Under the pieces are notes generated by a model, which made no database searches, was not told the DNA's origin, and saw only the letters and a program-made list of their open reading frames with translations. Below are positions 9,106 to 17,010 of a stretch of 64,000 nucleotides of DNA, piece by piece. The stretch's first letter is position 1. Each line of letters begins with the position of its first letter. Source of the DNA: Propionibacteriaceae bacterium UBA7704 (GTDB lineage Bacteria; Actinomycetota; Actinomycetes; Propionibacteriales; Propionibacteriaceae); contig DLGC01000010.1 in assembly GCA_002482525.1 (NCBI GenBank), positions 10,834 through 74,833 of the forward strand, given 5' to 3'. The position numbers were made by a program, and so were the translations under genes.

Positions 9106-9864
9106 ATGCTCAGTGTGAGCGAACGTGCTGTAGCAGTAGTAACCGGAGCGAGTAGTGGGATCGGAGCCGCCACGGCCCGATCCCTGGCTGAGGCCGGGTT
9201 CGAGGTGATCTGCGCTGCTCGACGCTTCGAGCGAGTGCAGGCATTGGCCGACGAGATCGGCGGACGCGCCGTGGCCTGCGATATCACCGTCCAGGCCGAC
9301 GTCGATGCCCTCGCCGCGGCGGTAGGCGACGAATTAGCGGTGCTGGTGAACAACGCCGGTGGCGCCTTCGGCGCAGACCCGGTGGCCGAGGCCGAACCCG
9401 AGGACTGGGATCGCATGTACGCCCTCAACGTCTCCGGCACCGAGCGAGTCACCCGCGCCCTGCTACCGGCCTTGACGGCTGCCCACGGTGCGGTGGTGTT
9501 CGTCACCTCAACCGCAGCCGAGGCGGCCTACGAAGGGGGCGGCGGCTACTGCGGCGTGAAGGCCGCAGAGCGAATGCTGGCTGGAGCACTGCGGCTGGAG
9601 TTCTACGACCAGCCGGTGCGGGTCACCGAGATCAGTCCCGGAATGGTGCACACCGACGAGTTCAGCCTGGTGCGTTTCGCCGGCGACAAGGCGAAAGCCG
9701 ACGCCGTCTACGCCGGTGTGGCGAACCCGCTACTCGCCGAGGACATCGCCGAGGCCATCACCTGGATGGCGACCCGTCCGGAGCATGTGAACATCGACCG
9801 GATGGTGATCCGTCCGACCGCCCAGGCGGCCAACCACAAGGTGTACCGGGCCAACCAGCGCTGA
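9106..9864 (+). CDS. Short-chain dehydrogenase/reductase (SDR)
   Basis: TGASSGIG Rossmann motif, NNAG, and YxxxK as YCGVK. An alternative GTG start exists 9 nt downstream. Confidence 0.85.
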   Translation: MLSVSERAVAVVTGASSGIGAATARSLAEAGFEVICAARRFERVQALADEIGGRAVACDITVQADVDALAAAVGDELAVLVNNAGGAFGADPVAEAEPEDWDRMYALNVSGTERVTRALLPALTAAHGAVVFVTSTAAEAAYEGGGGYCGVKAAERMLAGALRLEFYDQPVRVTEISPGMVHTDEFSLVRFAGDKAKADAVYAGVANPLLAEDIAEAITWMATRPEHVNIDRMVIRPTAQAANHKVYRANQR

Positions 9865-9905
9865 TCCGCACCGTCGTTCTCGACGGGGGTCCCATCGATC
9901 AGCCC

Positions 9906-10629
9906 GCGAGGTTTCGAGACGGACGCTACGCGTCCTCCTCAACCAACCGAATAAGGAAGCCGTCCGACCGAAGCGCGACCTCCCCCAGCACGGCTGGTTG
10001 AGGAGCGAACGAAGAGAGCGTCTCGAAACCACTCCGCACCAGTCCACACACCGGCTTGCGAGGTTTCGAGACGGACGCTAAGCGTCCTCCTCAACCAACC
10101 GGCGAAAAGGAAACCGCCCAACCGAACAGCAAACACCCCCCACTCCGGCTGGTTGAGGAGCGAACGAAGAGAGCGTCTCGAAACCCCCGAGACAAGTCCA
10201 CAGACCAGCTTGCGAGGCTTCGAGACGGCCCTGCGGGCCTCCTCAACCAGCCGGGGAAAAAGGGGCGCGAAGCTTCGAGACAGACGCTGCGCGTCCTCCT
10301 CAACCAGCCGGGGAAAAGGGGCACGAGGCTTCGAGACAGACGCTGTGCGTGCGCCTCAACCAGCCGAGGGAAAGGAAACCATCCGACCGAAGATCGACCT
10401 CCCCCACTCCGGCTGGTTGAGGAGCGAACGAAGAGAGCGTCTCGAAACCCCCGAGACAAGTCCACAAACAAGCTTGCGAGGTTTCGAGACGGCCCTACGG
10501 GCCTCCTCAACCAGCCGGGGGAAAAGGGGCGCGAAGCTTCGAGACGGCCCTGCGGGCCTCCTCAACTAGCCGGGGGAAAGGGGCGCGAGGCTTCGAGACG
10601 GACGCTGCGCGTCCTCCTCGACCAATCGG
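9906..10629. repeat. Array of 11 REP-like imperfect-hairpin units (8 forward, 3 inverted) filling a convergent intergenic region
   Basis: Unit is GGTTTCGAGAC-[GC hairpin]-CTCCTCAACCAGCCGG. Forward units start near 9906, 10055, 10209, 10265, 10321, 10473, 10529 and 10583. Inverted units are at 9991-10030, 10146-10185 and 10410-10449. Segment 10136-10311 recurs at 10400-10573 (period about 264 bp). Confidence 0.85.
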
Positions 10630-10644
10630 GGGAGGGAGTTCGGG

Positions 10645-12444
10645 TCAGGCAGGAAGGGGCTGGGACTCGGCGTCGGCGAGGTCGTAGATCGCTCCGACCA
10701 GGGCGAGGTGGCTTAGGGCTTGGGGAAAGTTGCCAGCCATGCGGTGATGGGTCGGGTCGTACTCCTCGGAGATCAGGTCGACATCGTTGAGCAATGCCAA
10801 CATGCGCTGCAGGTGAGCGTGGGCGTCGTCGAGGCGTCCGGCGAGCGCGTAGGCACTGGCCAGCCAGAAGCCGCAGGCCACGAAGGGATTCTCATCGCCA
10901 GCCACACCGTCGGCGACCGCCTCGGTGCGGTAGCGCAGCACCAGACCATCGCGCAGCAGGTCACGTTCGATCGCCGCCAAGGTGCCCAGCATGCGCGAGT
11001 CATCGCCGGGAAGGAACCCGACGATCGGAATCATCAGCAGGGCCGCATCCACCTCGGTGGTGTCATCGTGCTGGGTGAAGGTGTTCGCTTCGGCGTTGAA
11101 GCCACGTTCAAGCACGGCGCGCTTGATGGTGTCGCGCAGTTCCCGCCAGCGCTCGACCGGTCCATCCAAGCCGTGTTCCTCAACGGCGCGGACCGCCTGA
11201 TCGAAAGCCACCCAGGCCATCACCCCGGATTGGGTGTAATGATGCGTCGGCCCGCGGGATTCCCACAGGCCGCTGTCCGGTTCATCCCACGTGCGGGCCA
11301 AATGCTCCAGCAACACCAGTTGCACATTCCAGGAGTCCGGGGATTCGGCGAGTCCGGCATCGCGCGCCTCCCCCAGAGCCAGCATCACCTCACCGATCAC
11401 GTCGCCCTGCTGCTGGGTGACCGCGCCGTTGCCGATCCGCACCGGACGCGAATCCGCATAGCCGGGTAGATGCCCAAGCTCGCGTTCGGGCAGGTCGCGT
11501 GCTCCGTCCACGGCGTACATGATCTGGACGTCTTCGGGATCCCCGGCCACGGCGCGCACTAGCCAGTCGCGCCACAGTCGGCTGGACCCGGCATGCCCCG
11601 ATCGCAGCAACGCCCGCACCGTCAATGCCGCATCACGCAGCCAGGTGTAGCGGTAGTCCCAGTTGCGTACGCCGCCGAACTCCTCGGGCAAGCTGGTCGT
11701 GGGCGCGGCCACGATGCCGCCCCGGTCACTGTCGGTGAGCTGGCGGAGCACCAGCAGCGATCGCACCAACTCGGTGCGATACGGGCCGTCATAATCGACC
11801 CGCCCGGCCCAATCGGTGAAGAACTCGATGGTGCGCACCAGTTCGCGATCGGCGTCGATGTCGGGCGGCAGCGGCCGCCAGGACGGTGTCCAGGTCAGCG
11901 AGAAGCGCAACTCCTCCCCGGCATCCACAGTGAATCGATCATGATGCGAGTTTCCCATGGCGACCGGAATTCGCGGGCCTCGCAAGGTGAAACGGTCCGG
12001 TCCGGCCACCGCGGCGAGCACCTCCACACCGCTGTCATCACGCCGCCGTGACACCCACGGCACGATCGCCCCATAGCCCGGACGCACCGTCCACTCGTGG
12101 ATCAACTCCACCTGGCCGGACACTCCCTCCACCAAACGAATCAGATCGGAGCGTCCGTCACCGAAGGGCATGAAATCCAGGATCCGCACCGAACCGGTAG
12201 CGGTGGTGTGGATCGTCTCCACGACCGTGGTGTCTCCCAAATAGCTCCGGGTCGTGGTGGCCGCAGTAGCCGGTCCGAGCAGCCAGCGTCCGTGACCGGG
12301 CCCTCCCAGCAGCGCTGCCAAACTCGCCGGCGAGTCAAAACGCGGCAGGCACAGCCAGTCGATCGAACCGTTGCGGGAGACCAACGCCGCCGTCTCGGTG
12401 TCACCGATCAGGGCATAGTCCTCGATCGGCGTGGGGTCGGTCAT
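10645..12444 (-). CDS. Glycoside hydrolase family 15 (glucoamylase/trehalase-like)
   Basis: N-terminal YALIGDTETAALVSRNGSIDWLCLPRFDSPA is typical of actinobacterial GH15 proteins; 599 aa. Its start forms an ATGA overlap with the rpiB stop. Confidence 0.8.
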   Translation of the reverse strand: MTDPTPIEDYALIGDTETAALVSRNGSIDWLCLPRFDSPASLAALLGGPGHGRWLLGPATAATTTRSYLGDTTVVETIHTTATGSVRILDFMPFGDGRSDLIRLVEGVSGQVELIHEWTVRPGYGAIVPWVSRRRDDSGVEVLAAVAGPDRFTLRGPRIPVAMGNSHHDRFTVDAGEELRFSLTWTPSWRPLPPDIDADRELVRTIEFFTDWAGRVDYDGPYRTELVRSLLVLRQLTDSDRGGIVAAPTTSLPEEFGGVRNWDYRYTWLRDAALTVRALLRSGHAGSSRLWRDWLVRAVAGDPEDVQIMYAVDGARDLPERELGHLPGYADSRPVRIGNGAVTQQQGDVIGEVMLALGEARDAGLAESPDSWNVQLVLLEHLARTWDEPDSGLWESRGPTHHYTQSGVMAWVAFDQAVRAVEEHGLDGPVERWRELRDTIKRAVLERGFNAEANTFTQHDDTTEVDAALLMIPIVGFLPGDDSRMLGTLAAIERDLLRDGLVLRYRTEAVADGVAGDENPFVACGFWLASAYALAGRLDDAHAHLQRMLALLNDVDLISEEYDPTHHRMAGNFPQALSHLALVGAIYDLADAESQPLPA

Positions 12445-12935
12445 GCACGATCCTCACCAGGAAGCGGCGGCAGCACACCGTCGTTCTCATAGGCGCTGAG
12501 CATCTCGAGCCGACGCCGATGCCGAGCATCTCCGCTGAAAGGTGTGCGGAGGAAGACATCAACGAAAACTGCCGCGTCCTCGACCGAGTACACCCGTGCA
12601 CCCAAGGCGATCACGTCCGCGTCGTTGTGGGCCCGGGCCAACTCGGCAGTCTGCTCCGACCAGACCACGGCTGCCCGGACCCCGGGGACGGCATTGGCGG
12701 CCAACTGCTCACCGTTTCCGGAGCCTCCGATGACCACGCCCAGGCAGTCGCGACCGTCCGCACGATCCGCAGCCAGCGCCACCGCAGCACGCAGACAGTA
12801 GACCGGATAGTCATCCTCCGGGTCATAGGTCGCCGGCCCGTGGTCGACGACGTCATGGCCCCAACTGAGCAGATGCTGAACCAGGTACTGCTTCAGTTCG
12901 AAACCGGCGTGGTCACTCCCGATGTGGATCCGCAT
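12441..12935 (-). CDS. rpiB: Ribose-5-phosphate isomerase B
   Basis: MRIHIGSDHAGFELK..., GVVIGGSGNGEQ; RpiB/LacAB family, 164 aa. Confidence 0.9.
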   Translation of the reverse strand: MRIHIGSDHAGFELKQYLVQHLLSWGHDVVDHGPATYDPEDDYPVYCLRAAVALAADRADGRDCLGVVIGGSGNGEQLAANAVPGVRAAVVWSEQTAELARAHNDADVIALGARVYSVEDAAVFVDVFLRTPFSGDARHRRRLEMLSAYENDGVLPPLPGEDRA

Positions 12936-13027
12936 GGCTCCAGTCTGCCCCCGTCGACGGTGACGGTCAGGAAAACAACGGTGCCGAAATCACGCACTTC
13001 AGGAGACGGCCCAGTCTCGGCGGGCTT

Positions 13028-13069
13028 GGGTTCGAGACGCTCACCGCGTTCGCCCCTCAACCAGCCGAG
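13028..13069 (+). repeat. Single REP-like unit downstream of the 1.3S gene
   Basis: GGGTTCGAGACGCTCACCGCGTTCGCCCCTCAACCAGCCGAG has the same flanks as the 9906-10629 units. Confidence 0.6.
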
Positions 13070-13109
13070 ACAGAGCAGCCGAGTCAGTACCCCCAAAGCG
13101 TTCGGGAGT

Positions 13110-13475
13110 TCACTCGACCTCGATCAGGCCCTCTCCGGCTTGAACCGCATTTCCCTTCTCGACCAGGATGCGGGCGACCTTGCCATCGCGCGGAGCGGTG
13201 ATCTCGGTCTCCATCTTCATGGCCTCCAGCACCAGCAGCACCGTGCCGGCGGTGATCTCCTGGCCTTCCTCGACCAGCACCCGGGCCACCGAGCCAGCCA
13301 GCGGCGCAGTAACCGCATTCGCCGAGGCGCCACTCACCGAGGCCGTGCTCGGCACCGAGATCGTGCTCGAGCCTGAACCGCCGATGATGATCGGGCCAAG
13401 CTGTGGGGCTTCGGACTCCTCGACCTCCACATCGATGTCGTAAGGGACTCCGTTGACAGTTACCTTCAGTTTCAT
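13110..13475 (-). CDS. Transcarboxylase 1.3S biotinyl carrier subunit
   Basis: Trimmed to ATG 13475 (GGAAGGAAG SD), giving 121 aa. [18 protein letters not shown]-terminus and the C-terminal biotinylation motif [10 protein letters not shown]. Confidence 0.9.
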   Translation of the reverse strand: MKLKVTVNGVPYDIDVEVEESEAPQLGPIIIGGSGSSTISVPSTASVSGASANAVTAPLAGSVARVLVEEGQEITAGTVLLVLEAMKMETEITAPRDGKVARILVEKGNAVQAGEGLIEVE

Positions 13476-13494
13476 TGGTCTTCCTTCCGCGCCG

Positions 13495-13761
13495 TCAGCG
13501 GACGTACAACGGGTGATGGGAAAGCTGGGAGCGCCGAGTGCTCGCCTTCCAGCCGGCCGCAGTGGTGAAGTGCGGCTGACGCCGCGACGCGCGGTGCCCC
13601 AGGTAGGCGGCCACGGCGGCGGCGATCGCCACCATGGTCTCCTCCGGGACGTCTTGGCAGTGGATCTCGAGACTCTTGATCTTGACCTCAAGCCCCTCGA
13701 TCCGATCGGTCAGGGAACTGACCAGTTCCAGCAGTTCTTCGTTGGTGGACATGCCGATCAC
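13495..13761 (-). CDS. Small operon-internal protein with an OadG-like C-terminal motif
   Basis: 88 aa from GTG 13761 (GTGA overlap with the 12S stop), or 85 aa from ATG 13752. Heptad-like N-terminus [22 protein letters not shown], then [19 protein letters not shown]. Same strand as 12S and 1.3S, with tight spacing to both. Confidence 0.55.
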   Translation of the reverse strand: MIGMSTNEELLELVSSLTDRIEGLEVKIKSLEIHCQDVPEETMVAIAAAVAAYLGHRASRRQPHFTTAAGWKASTRRSQLSHHPLYVR

Positions 13762-15317
13762 ACCGGGCCCAGGCCGTGCTTCTTGGCCGGACGCAGCACG
13801 CGCTTGCTGGCCAGGTTCTCCAGAGCCATCGCCAGCGCCTTGCGGGTGTCGCCGGGATCGATGATCTCGTCGACCAAGCCGCGAGAGGCCGCCATGAACG
13901 GGGTGGCGAAAGTGTCACGGTATTCGTCCACGAGCTCCTGCCGGCGCGCCTCGGGATCCTCCGCCGCGGCGATCTCCTTTCGGAACACGACTGCCGCAGC
14001 ACCCTCGGCACCCATCACGGCGATCTCGGCGGTCGGCCAGGCGAACACCCGATCGGCACCGAGATCCTTCGACGCCATCGCCAGGTAGGAGCCGCCGTAG
14101 GCCTTGCGCAGCACCACGGTGAGCTTGGGCACCGTGGCTGCGGAGTAGGCGTACAACATCTTGGCGCCGTGGCGAATGATGCCGCCGTGCTCCTGAGCGA
14201 CGCCGGGCAGATAGCCAGGCACATCGACCAAGGTGACGATCGGAATGTTGAAGGCATTGCAGAAGCGCACAAACTTGCTGCCCTTGTCGGAGGCATTGAT
14301 ATCGAGCACTCCGGCCATCTGGCTGGGCTGGTTGGCCACCAGTCCGACGCTGCGTCCGTTGATCCGACCGAAGCCAACCACCAGGTTGGTGGCGTAGCCG
14401 GCCTGCACTTCGAGGAAGTCACTGTGATCGACCAGTCGGGCGATGACATCGCGCACGTCATAGCCGGACTTGTCGTCCACCGGCACGACGTCGCCGATCT
14501 CCTCGTCGTAGTCCAGGCTGTACTCGCCGGGCACCAGGGGGGCGTCCTCGGAGTTGTTCTGCGGCAGGAAGCTGAGGAGCTTCTTGGCGATCAGGATCGC
14601 CTGTTCGTCGTCGTCGGCGACAAAGCTGTTCACACCGGACACGCTCATGTGGGCATCGGCGCCGCCGAGTTGATCCTGGGTGACATCCTCGCCGGTGACC
14701 TGCTTGATCACATTGGGCCCGGTGATGAACATGTGGGCCTTGCGGGTCTGGATGATGAAATCGGTCAACGCCGGGGAGTAGACCGCACCGCCAGCACACG
14801 GGCCGGCGATGATCGAGATCTGCGGGACCACACCGGACAGCAACACATTGGCGTAGAACACCTGCCCGTACCCGGAGAGCGAGTCAATGCCCTCCTGCAC
14901 CCGGGCACCGCCGGAATCGTTGAAGAACAGGAACGGGGTGCCGTTCTCCAGCGCAGACTGCATCATCGCCACAACCTTCTTGTTGTGGGTTTCGCCGGCC
15001 GAGCCGCCGGCGACGGTGAAGTCCTGGCTGGCCACCCGCACCGGACGGCCCAGGATGGTGCCGCAGCCGGTCACGACTCCGTCGGCCGGCATATCGGCGG
15101 TATCCATGCCGAAGGTCGTGGTGCGATTGCGGCGGAACAGGCCGACTTCCTCGAAGCTGTCGGCGTCCAGCAGCGCGTCCAGGCGCTCCCGGGCCGACAT
15201 CTTGCCTTGAGAATGCTGCTTCTCCAGCCGCGCTTCGCCGCCGCCCAGTCGGGCTTTGGCCTCGGCGGAGTGCAGCGCCTCAACGCGCTTGCCCATGGAC
15301 TGTGGTTTCTTGGTCAT
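13758..15317 (-). CDS. Methylmalonyl-CoA carboxyltransferase 12S subunit
   Basis: Collinear with the Propionibacterium 12S sequence as I recall it: EKQHSQGK, SQDFTV.GGSAGE, IIAGPCAGGA.YSPALTDFII, AEIAVMGAEGAA, RPAKKHG. ATG 15317 has a GAGGTG SD 6 nt upstream; the ORF track starts at GTG 15326. Confidence 0.95.
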   Translation of the reverse strand: MTKKPQSMGKRVEALHSAEAKARLGGGEARLEKQHSQGKMSARERLDALLDADSFEEVGLFRRNRTTTFGMDTADMPADGVVTGCGTILGRPVRVASQDFTVAGGSAGETHNKKVVAMMQSALENGTPFLFFNDSGGARVQEGIDSLSGYGQVFYANVLLSGVVPQISIIAGPCAGGAVYSPALTDFIIQTRKAHMFITGPNVIKQVTGEDVTQDQLGGADAHMSVSGVNSFVADDDEQAILIAKKLLSFLPQNNSEDAPLVPGEYSLDYDEEIGDVVPVDDKSGYDVRDVIARLVDHSDFLEVQAGYATNLVVGFGRINGRSVGLVANQPSQMAGVLDINASDKGSKFVRFCNAFNIPIVTLVDVPGYLPGVAQEHGGIIRHGAKMLYAYSAATVPKLTVVLRKAYGGSYLAMASKDLGADRVFAWPTAEIAVMGAEGAAAVVFRKEIAAAEDPEARRQELVDEYRDTFATPFMAASRGLVDEIIDPGDTRKALAMALENLASKRVLRPAKKHGLGPV

Positions 15318-15327
15318 TTGGTTCACC

Positions 15328-16824
15328 TCACGCCATCTCGACGGTCACACTGTGATCGCGGCCACCGAGCGAGACCTTGTATTTGATCGGCCCACGGACT
15401 GCCTTGGCCGCTCCACTGGCGGCCTCTGCTTCGGAGGCCAGCTGTTCAGCGGTCTTGCCCACATTCTTCGGGCCTTCATCTCGGGTACTGAAGAACCCCG
15501 GTGCGACGCCGGGGAACATGGCGTAGGTCAGCACATCTTCGTCGGTGCCGTTGAAGCCGTCCAAGGCGGCCGCATCGCTGCACAGCTTGTCCCACTCCGG
15601 TTCCAGCAGATCGGCTGGACGCTGGGTGATCGGCTCCTTCTTGGCCTGAGCCTGGGCGATCGCCACAACCTCCGGGTTGCGCTCCCCCATGCACTCGCCG
15701 TAGTAGCCGAGCATCAGATCTGCGAACTCACCGGTAAGCACCTTGTAGCGGCCCATCAGCACATTGAACACAGCCTGGGTGCCCACGATCTGGCTGGACG
15801 GCGTGACCAGCGGCGGATGTCCAGCGTCGGCCTTGACCAGCGGAACCTCTTCCATCACTTCCTTGATTCGGTCGCCGGCGCCTTGAGCCTTGAGCTGGCT
15901 TTCCATGTTGGAGAGCATGCCGCCAGGAATCTGGGAGCTGAAGATGTCGGTGTCGACCAAGGTGGCCGATTCGAAGGCGGCGTACTTGGGACGCACGGTG
16001 GCGAAGTGATCGCGGATCGCGGTCAACCGGTCGGCGTCCAGGTTGGTGGTGTAGTCGGTGCCTTCCAGCATGGCCACCAGCGATTCGGTGGGGTTGTGGC
16101 CCGGCCCCAAGCTCATCGAACTGATGGCGGTATCGACCACATCGGCGCCGGCCTCGATGGCCTTCATCAAGGTCACCAGGGTCACTCCGGTGGTGGCGTG
16201 GCAGTGGACGTTGATCTGGACGTCTTCGCCGTAGGTCTCCTTGATGCCGCGGATGATGTCGTAGGCGGGCTGGGGCTGCAGCAATGCAGCCATGTCTTTG
16301 AGTGCCAGCGATTCCGCGCCCATATCCAGCAGCTGACCGGCGAGCTTCACGTAGCCCTCGACGGTGTGCAGCGGCGAGATGGTGTAGCAGATGGTGCCTT
16401 GGGCGTGCTTGCCGGTCTTCTTCACCGCGGCCATGGCTTGGGCCATATTGCGCGGATCGTTGAGCGCATCGAAGACCCGGAAGACGTCCATGCCGTTCTC
16501 AGCGGACTTCTCGACGAACCGCTCGACCACGCCGTCCTCGTAGTGGCGGTAGCCCAGCAGGTTCTGGCCACGCAGCAGCATCTGCAGCTTGGAGTTGGGC
16601 AATAGTTCGCGGAAGGTGCGCAGCCGTTCCCAGGGATCCTCGTTGAGGAATCGGATACAGGCGTCGTAGGTCGCTCCGCCCCAGCATTCAACGCTCCAGT
16701 ACCCGGCGGCATCGATGTCGGCACAGGCATCAACCATGTCCTCGATGGCCATTCGCGTGGCCATCAGGCTTTGGTGCGCGTCACGCAGGGCGAGCTCGGT
16801 CACCCCAATTGTTCGCTGACTCAT
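15328..16824 (-). CDS. Transcarboxylase 5S subunit (pyruvate carboxyltransferase domain)
   Basis: Trimmed to ATG 16824 (MSQRTIGVTELALRDAHQSL). Motifs ECWGGATYD, VHCHATTG and LKDMAALL; 498 aa. Its stop lies 1 nt from the 12S ORF. Confidence 0.95.
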   Translation of the reverse strand: MSQRTIGVTELALRDAHQSLMATRMAIEDMVDACADIDAAGYWSVECWGGATYDACIRFLNEDPWERLRTFRELLPNSKLQMLLRGQNLLGYRHYEDGVVERFVEKSAENGMDVFRVFDALNDPRNMAQAMAAVKKTGKHAQGTICYTISPLHTVEGYVKLAGQLLDMGAESLALKDMAALLQPQPAYDIIRGIKETYGEDVQINVHCHATTGVTLVTLMKAIEAGADVVDTAISSMSLGPGHNPTESLVAMLEGTDYTTNLDADRLTAIRDHFATVRPKYAAFESATLVDTDIFSSQIPGGMLSNMESQLKAQGAGDRIKEVMEEVPLVKADAGHPPLVTPSSQIVGTQAVFNVLMGRYKVLTGEFADLMLGYYGECMGERNPEVVAIAQAQAKKEPITQRPADLLEPEWDKLCSDAAALDGFNGTDEDVLTYAMFPGVAPGFFSTRDEGPKNVGKTAEQLASEAEAASGAAKAVRGPIKYKVSLGGRDHSVTVEMA

Positions 16825-17010
16825 GGTGCAATCCTGACACGGCTTGTACTGACATGTTGCCGGCGCCACCAACTTGGGAGTTCGTGAGACGACAGGTCCG
16901 ATGGGTGGGAAAAGGGGTACGAATCACCCCGCCGGCCAATGCCAGACTCACTGCCCGAAGACAGTGAGAACAGTGTTACTTCAGCCCGATTGAATCGATA
17001 GACTCCGAGC

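Noticed and set aside
9906-10629. Possible CRISPR array, given regularly recurring ~40-nt repeats
   Set aside because: Units occur in both orientations. Spacing is irregular (about 10-50 nt). The 'spacers' are themselves repeated, and units are imperfect hairpins with variable cores. The same element is scattered singly elsewhere. No cas genes are present in the window.
10056-10790. ORFs 10056..10790 (+), 10091..10510 (-) and 10153..10569 (+) as protein genes
   Set aside because: They translate the repeat array. The peptides reiterate RGFETD.../LLNQPG... in step with the DNA units, are open on both strands and in several frames, and have no SD or start context.
13776-16605. Long plus-strand ORFs 13776..15386 (536 aa) and 15256..16605 (449 aa)
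   Set aside because: They are antisense shadows of the 12S and 5S transcarboxylase genes. Their composition (very rich in G/H/R/D/L) is typical of the reverse frame of high-GC genes, and the opposite strand carries unmistakable homologs.
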